Of a stretch of DNA of 64,000 bases, positions 39,480-49,657 are shown piece after piece (positions within the stretch are counted from its first letter, which is position 1; each line of letters begins with the position of its first letter). This stretch comes from Opitutaceae bacterium. Lineage in GTDB: Bacteria > Verrucomicrobiota > Verrucomicrobiia > Opitutales > Opitutaceae. A model generated the notes under the pieces. That model was not told where the DNA came from. It saw nothing but the letters and a program-made list of their open reading frames with translations, and did no database searches. The stretch lies in NCBI GenBank assembly GCA_014879845.1, contig JACSRI010000092.1:44-64043 (forward strand), given 5' to 3'. Made by a program: the position numbers and the translations under genes.

Positions 39480-41990
39480 TCACTCCGCGCGCAGCGCCGT
39501 GAGCGGATCGACCTTCGTCGCGCGGCGTGCGGGTACGAGCGTGGCGATGAGGGAGACCACGACGATGAGCGCGGTCACGGTGCAGTAGGTAACGACGTCG
39601 AGCGGGCTGATGAGAACCAGGATATGGGTGAGCGGGCCCCGGGCCAGGAAGGCCGCGCCGAGGCAGAGGCCCATGCCGAGCACGAGGCCGATGCCGAGCT
39701 GCAGGCCGCCCTGGCGCAGGACGAGCCGAAGCACGTGCATACGTTCGGCGCCGAGCGCCATGCGCACGCCAAACTCCTGCTGGCGCTGATTCACGGAAAA
39801 ACTCATCACGCCGTAGAGACCAATGGAGGCGAGGGCCACCGCGACGGCACCGAAGATCGTGAACATGCGCGCGATGAGTTGGTTTTGCGCGAGGAACACC
39901 TCGATCGATTCGCGCGGGGTGGAGACGAAGTAGAGCGGAAGGTTCGGGTCGACGCGCTTGACGACGTCCTGCAGCGCCTGGGCGAGCGCTTCCGGTCGCT
40001 GGCCGCCGCGCGGCCGGACGATCGCCGTGCCGAACTGGAGGGCCACGGCTTCCTCGGTGGCTGGACCAAACGGCGTCGCGAAATACGGGATGTAGAAGCC
40101 CGAGCCATCGCTCCGCGCGTTGAACGGCCCCTGCATGCGTACGTCGCCCACCACGCCGATGATCACGCGCCACGGACCCGGTGCGGTGCCGTTGGCCTGG
40201 GTCGTGCGGAAGCGCCGGCCCAGGGGCGACTCGTTGCCGAAGTGCCGGCGCGCGAAGCGCGTGTTGACGATCGCGACCGGCTGGCGCTGGTCGGAGTCGT
40301 CGTCGGTGAAATCGCGTCCCTCGTGCACCGGTACGCGCAGCGTCGCGAAATAGCCGGGCGTCACGTTCTCGAACTGCGTCACCACGCGATCCTCGTCCTT
40401 CGCATAGGTGCGTCCCTCGATCTCCACGGGACCGGCTCCGGAGAAGACCATGCGGAAACGGTTGGTCAAGGCGACGGAGTCAAACTGCGGCGAGACCCGA
40501 AGCTCCCGCAGCAGGCGTTCGTAGAACACCTGGCGCTCCTTCGAGCTGGGATAGTCCCCCTCCATCAAACCCATGCGCCCGGTCAGCACGGCCGAGGTGT
40601 CGTAGCCGTGATCGATGGTCTGCTGGCGCACGATCGACTGGGTGAAGAGGAGCGCGCCGGTGAGGAGCAGGCAGGTCATCACGATCTGGCCGACGACGAG
40701 CGCGCGTGTCATCAGGTTGACGGCACGGCTGGTGTTCCCGCGGCCGGCGTCCTTCAGTGCCTCGACGTTGTTCACGCGCGAGGCCATCCAGGCCGGCAGC
40801 AAGCCCGAGCCGATGGTCGCGAGCACGGTCGCTGCCACCACGAGGGCGAGCACCCGGCCGTCGATGGTGAAGTGCATCCACGCCGGAATCGGGTTCTGCT
40901 GCGTGTGCGTGGCCGCGTCGAGCAGGCCGGTCGCCCAGTAGGCCAGTGCCACCCCGAGCCCCGCGCCGATCGTGGCGAGGAGCAGGCTTTCCGTGAGCAT
41001 CTGGCGCAGCAGACGCACACGCGTCGCCCCGAGCGACGAGCGCACCGCCAGCTCCCGCGTGCGCAGCGCGGCGCGCGCGAACTGCATGTTCATCACATTG
41101 CTGCAGCCGATGAGCAGCACGCCCACGCAGAACACGAGCATGAGCATGAGGAGAAACGTGAGGTTGCCGCCGGTGAACGCGCCGATCAGTGGCCGCACGT
41201 AACCCATCGTGAACTGCCCGTTCGTCTCCGGATACGTCTCGGCGAAGTGCTTGGCGAATCCCGTGATCTCGGCCTGCGCCTGATCGATGGATACGCCCGG
41301 CTTGAGCGTGGCGATGATCGAGATGCCGTTGATCCCGGGATCCTTGCGGTCCTTCACCGGAAACTCCGTGTTCACCGGGAGCCACAGCTGCTCGTTGGCC
41401 GGGAAGGAGAACTTCGGCGGCATCACGCCGACGACCGTGCCGGTGCGGCCGTTGACTCGGACGACCTTGCCGAGCACCCCGGGATCGGCGCCGAAATCCG
41501 AGCGCCAGAGCGAGTCGCTCAGCAGCACGGCCTTGTCCACGCCGGGCCGATCCTCCTCGGGCAGGAAGTCCCGCCCGAGCACTGGTGCGACACCGAGCGC
41601 GCGGAAGAAATCGTGCGTGACGTACCCGCCCTGCAGGCGCTTCGGATTGCCGTCGTTCGTCAGGTTGATGGTCGAGCCGTTGAGGTAGCCGACGAAAAAC
41701 TCGAACGACTGCTGCCGCTCGCGCATGTCCACGAAGTCCGCCGTCGTGATCTGGCCGTTGAAGTTGGCCGGCGAGAAGTTCGTCGGGCTCACCAGGTTGA
41801 CATCCACGAGCCGGTCGGCCGCACGGAAGTCGAAGGCGTGCAGCAGCACGCCGTTGACCACGGCGAACTGCGTGGTGACGGCGCAGATGCCGACCGCGAG
41901 CACAGCGACGGCGAGGGCGCAAAACGCCTTCTCCTTGATCAGGACACGAAGTCCGAAACGTACATCCTGGCGGAATGTCTCGAGCAACAT
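39480..41990 (-). CDS. ADOP-type ABC permease, array member 7 of 8
   Basis: From internal ATG 41990: MLLETFRQDVRFGLRVLIKEKAFCALAVAVLAVGICAVTT... FARAALRTRELAVRSSLGATR... VNQRQQEFGVRMALGAER... KVDPLTALRAE. 836 aa. Confidence 0.9.
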   Translation of the reverse strand: MLLETFRQDVRFGLRVLIKEKAFCALAVAVLAVGICAVTTQFAVVNGVLLHAFDFRAADRLVDVNLVSPTNFSPANFNGQITTADFVDMRERQQSFEFFVGYLNGSTINLTNDGNPKRLQGGYVTHDFFRALGVAPVLGRDFLPEEDRPGVDKAVLLSDSLWRSDFGADPGVLGKVVRVNGRTGTVVGVMPPKFSFPANEQLWLPVNTEFPVKDRKDPGINGISIIATLKPGVSIDQAQAEITGFAKHFAETYPETNGQFTMGYVRPLIGAFTGGNLTFLLMLMLVFCVGVLLIGCSNVMNMQFARAALRTRELAVRSSLGATRVRLLRQMLTESLLLATIGAGLGVALAYWATGLLDAATHTQQNPIPAWMHFTIDGRVLALVVAATVLATIGSGLLPAWMASRVNNVEALKDAGRGNTSRAVNLMTRALVVGQIVMTCLLLTGALLFTQSIVRQQTIDHGYDTSAVLTGRMGLMEGDYPSSKERQVFYERLLRELRVSPQFDSVALTNRFRMVFSGAGPVEIEGRTYAKDEDRVVTQFENVTPGYFATLRVPVHEGRDFTDDDSDQRQPVAIVNTRFARRHFGNESPLGRRFRTTQANGTAPGPWRVIIGVVGDVRMQGPFNARSDGSGFYIPYFATPFGPATEEAVALQFGTAIVRPRGGQRPEALAQALQDVVKRVDPNLPLYFVSTPRESIEVFLAQNQLIARMFTIFGAVAVALASIGLYGVMSFSVNQRQQEFGVRMALGAERMHVLRLVLRQGGLQLGIGLVLGMGLCLGAAFLARGPLTHILVLISPLDVVTYCTVTALIVVVSLIATLVPARRATKVDPLTALRAE

Positions 41991-42161
41991 GGGGGGATGG
42001 GCCGAGGGTTGGATGGAGGTGGACCGGGCGAAGGTGTAAGTGAGGAGAGGTCGGAGTGATGGTTTGCCTGCGCGAGAGGCGGGAGGAGGTGGTGCCGGTG
42101 ATCGGAGTGTTGCTTTTGGTTCGTACCTCTCGCCTAGGGCCCATCGCCTCTCGCCTGCCAT

Positions 42162-44612
42162 TCACTCCGCCCGCAGTGCGACGAGCGGGTTGACCTGCGT
42201 GGCGCGGCGCGCGGGGATCCAGCAGGCGAGCAGCGCGATGCCGAACAACAGTGCGGAGACGCCGATCACCGCGGGGGCGTCAAACGCCGGCAGGCCGTAG
42301 AGAATCTTCGACAGCACCAGGCCGAGCAGCGCGGACATCACGAGCCCCATGCCGATGCCGATCAGCGTCAGGCGCATGCCCTCGCGCAACATCGCGCGCA
42401 CGACATCGCCGCCTTGCGCGCCGATGGCCATGCGGATGCCGATCTCGCGCGTGCGCTGGGTCACGCCGAAGGCGACGACGGCGTAGAGGCCCATGATGGC
42501 GAGCAGCAGCGCGATGACCCCCTGCACGCCGGCCATGAGCGATCCCATGCGCAGCGGCATGAAGGCGAAGGCGCTCTTGCCCATGAGCTCGTTCATCGTG
42601 GTCACTTCGAAGGCGGGAAGGTGCGGGTCGATCTCGCGCAGCGCCGCGCGCAGCGACGAGGTGAGCGCGGCCGGGTCGCCCTGCGTGCGGACCATGATCG
42701 TGAGCGGGGCCGCGGCTTCCTGCGTGAGCGGCACATAGGCATAGGGGCGGGGCGGCTCGCCGACCATCACGTACTTGGCCGTCGGCGTGAGGCCCACGAC
42801 CTCGATCCACGGACCCTGGCGCCACGGCTGGAAGCGGCGGCCGATCGCGTCCTGGCCGGGCCACACGGCGTCGGCGAAGGCCTGGTTGATCACGGCGACG
42901 CGCGGCGTATCCGCCGTGTCGCTCGCGGCGATCATGCGACCGCGGTCGAGGCGCAGGCCGAGCGTCTGGAAAAACTCCGGCGTGATCTGTGCGTAGCCGA
43001 TCGCGAGCTCGTCGTTGGCGAGCGGGACGCCGGGGTTTTCCGGGATGGCGTTGCGCGCACCGATGAAGTAGCTGAACGGCACGGTCGACGTCAGCGCGGC
43101 CGACTCGACGCCGGGCAGGGCCTGTACCCGTTCGATGAGCACGCGGCGGAACTGCTCGGCCCGAGCCTCGTCGTAGCCCTGCAGCTTGAGGTCGAACGAG
43201 GCCATGAGCAGACCGTCGGTCTTGAAGCCGAGGTCGAGGCCTTGGATGCGTGACAGGCTGCGCGCGAAGAGGCCGGCACTGCACAGCACGACGAGGGAGA
43301 GCGCGACCTGGCCGATCACGAACATGTTGCGCATGCGGTGGTGCCGGGCGCCCTGCGGGCCACCGGGGCCGCCCTTGAGATTGTCGACCAGGTCGACGCG
43401 CGAGGCGCGCAGGGCCGGCAGCAGGCCGCTGCCGAGCGCGGCCGCCGCGGAGATGACGATGATGAAGGCATGGTCGCGCCAGCCCGTGGTGAAGTCCGTC
43501 CTCGCGGGCATGTCGCCCGAGGGCGCGAACTGCATGAAGACCGCGCCGATCCAGTCCGAAAGATACCACGCGACCACGCCGGCGATCGCCGCCAGGACGA
43601 GCGACTCGGTCAACAGCTGCCGCACGATCGTCCAGCGCGTCGCGCCGAGCGCGACGCGCACGGTCAGCTCCTTGCGCCGCGCCGCGGTGCGGGCGAGCAT
43701 CAGGTTCGAGACATTCGCGCAGGCGATGACGAGCACGAGCGTCACCATCGCGCCGAACAGCGCCATGATCACGGGCATGAAGTCCGAGAAGATCGGGTCC
43801 GGCCGCGCCTGGCTCTCGCGCATCACCACCGAGGTGACCTCCTTGTGGTCGTCCGGGTATTCCTGCGAGAGGCGGCTGGTCACCACCGCGGCTTCGGCGC
43901 GTGCCGCGTCGAGCGTGGCTCCCGGCGCGAGCAGGCCCATGACCTTGAACGCGCTGACGCCTCGCCAGGTGAGCATCTCGGCGCCCTGGTCGCGCATCAC
44001 GCCGCTGGCGCTGACCGGGACGAAGCCTGCGACAGACATGCTGTAGGAAAAGGCCTGGAACTCCGGCCGCATCACGCCGACCACGGTGAAGGGCTGTCCG
44101 TTGATCATGACGGCCCGTCCGACGATCTCGGGGTCGGCGCCGAAGCGCTCGCGCCAGGCCTTGTCCGTGAGCACGGTGACGAGCGGCGCGCCGGGCGCCT
44201 CGCCGTCACTCGGAAGCAGGGTGCGGCCGAGTTGGGCCTGCAGGCCGAAGGTCTGGAAGGCGTTCGGCGTCACCATCTCGAACCACGCGCGCTCGGGCGA
44301 CTTGCCCTCGGCGCTGAGGTGCGCCGCGCTGGGCAGGAGGGCGAACATGCCCTGCACCGTCTTCATGCTCTCGCGCAGGTCGCGAAAGTCCGGAAACGAG
44401 ATCTGGTGCGGCATCTTCATGGCCGCGCTGCGCTGCGCGAGCAGCACGACGCGGTCAGCATGGGGCACGTCCATCGGCCGCAGCATGAACTGGCTGGCGA
44501 TGCCGAAGAGCATCGTGTTGACAGCGAGCCCGAAGGCGAGGGTGAGCACCACGACGGCGGAGAAGCCCGGGGACTTGAAGATCTGACGGATGGCGAAGCG
44601 CAGGGAGGACAT
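42162..44612 (-). CDS. ADOP-type ABC permease, array member 6 of 8
   Basis: From internal ATG 44612: MSSLRFAIRQIFKSPGFSAVVVLTLAFGLAVNT... LARTAARRKELTVRVALGATR... VTQRTREIGIRMAIGAQ... QVNPLVALRAE. 816 aa. Confidence 0.9.
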   Translation of the reverse strand: MSSLRFAIRQIFKSPGFSAVVVLTLAFGLAVNTMLFGIASQFMLRPMDVPHADRVVLLAQRSAAMKMPHQISFPDFRDLRESMKTVQGMFALLPSAAHLSAEGKSPERAWFEMVTPNAFQTFGLQAQLGRTLLPSDGEAPGAPLVTVLTDKAWRERFGADPEIVGRAVMINGQPFTVVGVMRPEFQAFSYSMSVAGFVPVSASGVMRDQGAEMLTWRGVSAFKVMGLLAPGATLDAARAEAAVVTSRLSQEYPDDHKEVTSVVMRESQARPDPIFSDFMPVIMALFGAMVTLVLVIACANVSNLMLARTAARRKELTVRVALGATRWTIVRQLLTESLVLAAIAGVVAWYLSDWIGAVFMQFAPSGDMPARTDFTTGWRDHAFIIVISAAAALGSGLLPALRASRVDLVDNLKGGPGGPQGARHHRMRNMFVIGQVALSLVVLCSAGLFARSLSRIQGLDLGFKTDGLLMASFDLKLQGYDEARAEQFRRVLIERVQALPGVESAALTSTVPFSYFIGARNAIPENPGVPLANDELAIGYAQITPEFFQTLGLRLDRGRMIAASDTADTPRVAVINQAFADAVWPGQDAIGRRFQPWRQGPWIEVVGLTPTAKYVMVGEPPRPYAYVPLTQEAAAPLTIMVRTQGDPAALTSSLRAALREIDPHLPAFEVTTMNELMGKSAFAFMPLRMGSLMAGVQGVIALLLAIMGLYAVVAFGVTQRTREIGIRMAIGAQGGDVVRAMLREGMRLTLIGIGMGLVMSALLGLVLSKILYGLPAFDAPAVIGVSALLFGIALLACWIPARRATQVNPLVALRAE

Positions 44613-44751
44613 GGGTGAAAGTGTGGGAGGGGGTGAGGGATTGAGGGGGACAGGATGGAGGCGCACTCGTTGAGGCAGCGGGGAAGGAGTGGATGGGTCT
44701 TCTGGGTTTGGACTTCTGTCCGTTATCCACTCAGTCCCGCACTCCCGCATC

Positions 44752-47169
44752 TCACTCCGCGCGGAGCGCGGAGAGCGGGTCGACCTTGGTGGCGCGGCGC
44801 GCGGGGACCCACGCGGCGAAGAGCGCGACGGTGAAGAGCACCGCGGCCGTGGCTCCGAGCGTGAGCGGATCGAGATCCACCGTGCGCGGCATGAAGGAGC
44901 GGAGCGCGACGTTCAGCGCGGTCGCCAGGCTCAGGCCGATGACGAGCCCAATCATCGTGAGCGTGAGACCATGGCGCAGCACCAGGCGCAGCACGTCGCC
45001 GGGACTCGCGCCGAGCGCGAGGCGGATGCCGAACTCGCTCGTGCGCTGCGCGACGAGGTGCGAGATCACCCCGAAGAGGCCGACACCCGCGAGCACGAGG
45101 CCGAGCGCGGCAAACCACGCCATCGTCTCGCCGACGAGAAAGATGTTGTGCCAGTAGACGCCGATCCACTCCGGCACGGTGCGTATCTCCTGCACGGCGA
45201 CGTCGGGGTCGAGGTCGGCCACGATGCGCCGCAGATCCGGGCCATACGCGCCGGGTGTGCTGCTGCGCACGAGCAGTTGCTGGTAGCCCCACGGCTCATG
45301 CACGAAGGGCTTGTAGATCTGCAGCATCGTCGGCGCGGCGGCGAAATTGCCGGGGAACTCGATGTCGCGCACCACGCCGATGATCTCGCGGCGGACGAGG
45401 TTTTCACCTTCACCTTCGACGATCTGCTTGCCGATCGCGCTTTCACCCGGCCAGAACTGCCGCGCGAGGGTCTGCCCGACGACGATCTGCGGCGGGCTGT
45501 CGGGACGGATGTCCTCAGCGAAGAGCCGGCCCTCGATCAGCGGGATGCCGAGCGTCTTGAAATAGCCGGGCGTGACCATGGTGTAGCCGGCCTGCGGTAG
45601 GTTTTTTCCGTCGCTCGAGGTGATGCCCTCGACCTGGATCGGGCGCGTCGCCGAATAGCCGAAGATCGGCAGGCTCGAGCAGATCGCCGTCGACTCCGCG
45701 CCGGGCAGACGCTCGAGGCCGCGCAGCATCTGGTCCATGGCCGCGATTCGTTTCTGCGGTTCGACGTAGGTCGATTGCTCGGGCAGATGCAGCGTCGCCG
45801 AGACCACGCGGTCGGTATCCCAGTGCGCGTCGCGATGGAGGAATGTCTTGAACCCGCGCAGCATCACGCCGGCGCCGCCGAGCAGCGCGAGGGCGAGCGC
45901 GACCTCCGCGACGATGAGCGCCTGCCGGGCGAAATGGTGGCCGCGCCCGGCCGTCGAGCCGCGCGACTCCTGCTTGAGCGAGGTGACCACGTCGGTGCGC
46001 GAGGCGAGCCACGCGGGCACGAGCCCGAAGACGAGGCCGGCCACGAGCGAGGCAAGGACCGTCGCAAGGATGATCGGCACGTTCATCTCGAGCGCGAGCC
46101 CGTCGCGCAGGCCGATGCGGATGTTGCTCCCGAGCACGTCGTTGATCCACATCGCGAGCATCAGGCCGAGGCCGCCGCCCGCGAACGAGAGCATCAGGCA
46201 CTCGGTGAGCTGGTGCACGATGAGCCGCGAGCGCGAGGCGCCGAGCGCGGAGCGGATGGCGAGGTCCTTCGCGCCGGCCGTGGCCCGCGCGAGCTGGAGA
46301 TTGGCGAGATTGGCGCAGGCGATGAGCAGCACGAAGGCCGACAGTCCGTAAAGCATCCAGGTGAAGAACTTTCCCGTGCTGTCCATCGTGGCCTGCTGGA
46401 GCGTGACCACGCGCACGCCGCGGCCGGAGCTGGTCTGCGGATGATCGACGGCCCAGCGCGCCATGAGCGCGTCGAGCTCGGCCTTGGCCTGGGCGATCGT
46501 CGCACCGGGCTTGAGGCGCGCGAACACGCCGAAAAAGCCGTTGGTGCGATCCTCCACGATGACCCGCGGGATGGTGATCGGGCGCCACATGTCGACGGGA
46601 CCCCAGAGCAGTGGGTATTCAAAATCCGCGGGCATCACGCCGATCACCTGCACGGGCTCGGCGTTGAGGCGGATGGAGCGATTGAGGATGGCCGGATCGC
46701 CGCCGAAGCGCTTTTGCCAGAGGGTGTGGCTCAGCACCACGACCTGGTTGCGCCCGGGCACCTGCTCGTCGGCGGTGAAGGCGCGGCCGAGCGCGGGCTG
46801 CACGCGGAAGGTGGAGAAGAAGTGCTCGCTCGAGTCGACGGAGAGCAGCCGCTCGGCCGGCGAGCCCGGCTCGGAGAGCGTGTTGTTCCAGTAGGTCGAG
46901 GTCGTGAGCGACTCAAACGAGCTGACCTGGGCACGCATCTCCTCGATCTCGCGAAACGAGAAGCCGTCGAACTGCGAACTGGCCGTCGTGGCGAACACGC
47001 GCACGATGCGTTCAGGCTCCGGATACGGCGCGGAGCGGAAGAGCAGCGTGTCGACGAGCGTGTACATCGAGGTGTTCACGCCGATGCCGAGCGCGAGCGT
47101 GACCAGCGACACGATGGTGAAGCCGGGTGACTTGAGCAGGGAGCGCAGGGCGATGCGGAGGGAGGCCAT
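44752..47169 (-). CDS. ADOP-type ABC permease, array member 5 of 8
   Basis: 805 aa: MASLRIALRSLLKSPGFTIVSLVTLALGIGVNT... LARATAGAKDLAIRSALGASR... VAQRTSEFGIRLALGAS... KVDPLSALRAE. Confidence 0.9.
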   Translation of the reverse strand: MASLRIALRSLLKSPGFTIVSLVTLALGIGVNTSMYTLVDTLLFRSAPYPEPERIVRVFATTASSQFDGFSFREIEEMRAQVSSFESLTTSTYWNNTLSEPGSPAERLLSVDSSEHFFSTFRVQPALGRAFTADEQVPGRNQVVVLSHTLWQKRFGGDPAILNRSIRLNAEPVQVIGVMPADFEYPLLWGPVDMWRPITIPRVIVEDRTNGFFGVFARLKPGATIAQAKAELDALMARWAVDHPQTSSGRGVRVVTLQQATMDSTGKFFTWMLYGLSAFVLLIACANLANLQLARATAGAKDLAIRSALGASRSRLIVHQLTECLMLSFAGGGLGLMLAMWINDVLGSNIRIGLRDGLALEMNVPIILATVLASLVAGLVFGLVPAWLASRTDVVTSLKQESRGSTAGRGHHFARQALIVAEVALALALLGGAGVMLRGFKTFLHRDAHWDTDRVVSATLHLPEQSTYVEPQKRIAAMDQMLRGLERLPGAESTAICSSLPIFGYSATRPIQVEGITSSDGKNLPQAGYTMVTPGYFKTLGIPLIEGRLFAEDIRPDSPPQIVVGQTLARQFWPGESAIGKQIVEGEGENLVRREIIGVVRDIEFPGNFAAAPTMLQIYKPFVHEPWGYQQLLVRSSTPGAYGPDLRRIVADLDPDVAVQEIRTVPEWIGVYWHNIFLVGETMAWFAALGLVLAGVGLFGVISHLVAQRTSEFGIRLALGASPGDVLRLVLRHGLTLTMIGLVIGLSLATALNVALRSFMPRTVDLDPLTLGATAAVLFTVALFAAWVPARRATKVDPLSALRAE

Positions 47170-47183
47170 GGAGGTTATTCAGT

Positions 47184-49619
47184 TCATTCCGCGCGCAGCG
47201 CGGTGAGGGGATCGACTTTCGTGGCCCGGCGGGCGGGCAGCCAGCAGGCGAGCAACGCGATCGAGGCGAGCAGGAGTGCGACGGAGAGGAAGGCCACGCC
47301 GTCGTGTGTGGACACACCCGGCAGCGCGTGGGCCAGTCCGTGACCCGCCCACCAGGCGATGAGCCCCCCGACGACGAGGCCGGGAGCGAGAAGGCGCAGC
47401 GTCGTGCCCAGGACCATGGCCAGGATGTCGCGCGGCTGTGCGCCGAGGGCCATGCGGACGCCGATCTCCGGCACGCGCTGGCTCACATGGTAGGCCATCA
47501 CGCCGTAGATGCCCATGGCGGCGAGCACGAGCGCCACCGCGCCGAGCGCGGAGAGAAGGAGCGTCGCGATATGGTGCCTCAGGTAGGCGGCCGCGATGTA
47601 GTGCTCCATGGGCAGGGCTGACCAGAGCGCCACGCCGGGATCGAGACCCTGGAGCTCGGCACGCACGGTCGAGAGCAGCGCGCGCGGATCGCCGGACGCA
47701 GCCCGCACGACCGGTCCGAGATTGAGGTCCCAGGCGCCCTGCTGGTAGGGCAGGAAGACAAAGGGCATCGGCGGTTCGTCGAGCCCACGATACTTGCCCG
47801 TCGCGACCACGCCGACCACCTCGGCCGTGCCGCGCCACGTGCGCACCTTGCGGCCGAGCGGACTTTGTCCGGGCCAGTATTTGTCGGCCGCGGCCTGATT
47901 GACGATCATCACCGGCGCGGAGCGGGAATCGTCGCGATCGGTGAAGTCCCGGCCGGCGCGGAGCGGGATGCGCATGGTGGCGAAGTAGTCCGGCGAGACG
48001 ATGGCGTAGGGTACACTCATGTTCTCGCCGGGTGCGGGCGTGTATCCCTCGATCTGGGTACCGATGGACGGCCCTCCCTCGAATCCCAGGGGCAGCCAGC
48101 TCGCCATCGCGGCGACCTCCACGCCGGGCGCCGCGGCGAGACGCTCACGCAGCTCGCGGTAGAAACTCAGCGCACGCGGCTCATCGTAGCCGTTCATGCC
48201 GATCCGGAGACCGGATACAAGCACCTGCCGCGGGTCCAGCCCGGCGTCGATCTCCCGTGCGCGCTGCGTGCCGCGGATGCACAGCACGGCGCCGACGAGC
48301 AGCGCGAGCGCGAGGGCGACCTCGGTCACGACCAGCACCCCGCGCATCCGCGCGGACGAGCTGCCGGCACCGCCCGAGCGGCCGCCCTGCTTGAGCACTT
48401 CCTGCACATTGGCGCGGGCCGCGTGCAGCGCTGGCACGAGGCCGAAGCCGAGGCCCGCGACGAGCGTGAGCGCGGCGACGGCGACGAGCACGCGTCCGCT
48501 CGGCGTGAAGTCATAGCCGGTCGGGAGCGGAGTCTCCGGCATCAAGTGGCCGAAGAGCGACGTTCCCCAGGTCGAGAGAAGAACTCCGAGCGCGCCGCCG
48601 GCGAGCGCGAGCAGCAGACTCTCGGCAAACCACTGGGTCAGGATGTGCCGGCGTCCGGCGCCGACGGCGAGGCGCACGGCGGTGTCGCGCTGGCGCGCGG
48701 TGGCGCGGGCGAGCAGGAGATTGGCCACGTTGGCGACGACGAGGAGCAGGACGACCAGACCCACCACCGCGAGCACGCGCAACACGGGCATGAACACGGC
48801 CTGGCCGCCGTAGGGTGCATCGCGCAGCAGTACCACCGTGGCGCCGATGTCGCGATTGCCCGGGTACGTATCGGCCACCTGCTCCGCCCGCAGCGCGATC
48901 GCCGCGCGGGCGCGTTCGAGCGAGACCCCGGACTGCAGGCGGGCCTGCGTGTGCAGCCAGCGATCGGTCCGCTGGTCGAGCGAGCCGAAGTTGGCGATCT
49001 CCCGGTGCATGGTCACGGGAGCCCAGAAGTCGGCCACCAGTCCGCTCATCGTTCCGCGGAATGCGCCCGGCACCACGCCGATGACGGTGAACGGGTGGCG
49101 GTTAATCTCCACAGCACGTCCGATGATCTCCGGGGCGGCGCCAAAGTGCTGGCGCCAGCAGCGCTCGCTCAGCACGAGTACGGGATTGCCGCCGGGTTTG
49201 TCCCCATCGGCGGGCAGGAAGGTGCGTCCGTATCCAGGCAGGGCATGCACACCGAGGACATCGAAGAAGTTCGGTGTCGCGATCTGTCCGTAGAGCCAGA
49301 CCTGCTGCTGCTCGACCGTCAGGCAGGCCGGGGTGACCTGGGAGCCGACCACACCGGCGAAGATATCGGTGAGTTCACCATAGTCCGCGATGTCGGGTGG
49401 CGATATGCAGTGTCCGACCGGGCGGGCGCCCTGCGTCTGCAGCACCGCGACGATGGCATCGCCATCGCGCACACCGGGGAGCGGACGCAGCAGGATCGAT
49501 TCGATCCAGGAGAATACGATCGCGTTCACGCCGATGCCGAGCGCGAGCGAAGCCACGGCGATCGTCGAGACCGACGGCGTGTGCATGAGCTGGCGGATGG
49601 CGTGACGCAGCAGAAACAT
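47184..49619 (-). CDS. ADOP-type ABC permease, array member 4 of 8
   Basis: Only the part of track ORF 47184-51092 from ATG 49619 is credible: MFLLRHAIRQLMHTPSVSTIAVASLALGIGVNAIVFS... LARATARQRDTAVRLAVGAGR... VSQRVPEIGVRMALGAQ... KVDPLTALRAE. 811 aa. Confidence 0.9.
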   Translation of the reverse strand: MFLLRHAIRQLMHTPSVSTIAVASLALGIGVNAIVFSWIESILLRPLPGVRDGDAIVAVLQTQGARPVGHCISPPDIADYGELTDIFAGVVGSQVTPACLTVEQQQVWLYGQIATPNFFDVLGVHALPGYGRTFLPADGDKPGGNPVLVLSERCWRQHFGAAPEIIGRAVEINRHPFTVIGVVPGAFRGTMSGLVADFWAPVTMHREIANFGSLDQRTDRWLHTQARLQSGVSLERARAAIALRAEQVADTYPGNRDIGATVVLLRDAPYGGQAVFMPVLRVLAVVGLVVLLLVVANVANLLLARATARQRDTAVRLAVGAGRRHILTQWFAESLLLALAGGALGVLLSTWGTSLFGHLMPETPLPTGYDFTPSGRVLVAVAALTLVAGLGFGLVPALHAARANVQEVLKQGGRSGGAGSSSARMRGVLVVTEVALALALLVGAVLCIRGTQRAREIDAGLDPRQVLVSGLRIGMNGYDEPRALSFYRELRERLAAAPGVEVAAMASWLPLGFEGGPSIGTQIEGYTPAPGENMSVPYAIVSPDYFATMRIPLRAGRDFTDRDDSRSAPVMIVNQAAADKYWPGQSPLGRKVRTWRGTAEVVGVVATGKYRGLDEPPMPFVFLPYQQGAWDLNLGPVVRAASGDPRALLSTVRAELQGLDPGVALWSALPMEHYIAAAYLRHHIATLLLSALGAVALVLAAMGIYGVMAYHVSQRVPEIGVRMALGAQPRDILAMVLGTTLRLLAPGLVVGGLIAWWAGHGLAHALPGVSTHDGVAFLSVALLLASIALLACWLPARRATKVDPLTALRAE

Positions 49620-49657
49620 CTTTGGGCGGCGATGAGTCGGAGTTGATCGAGTCGCAG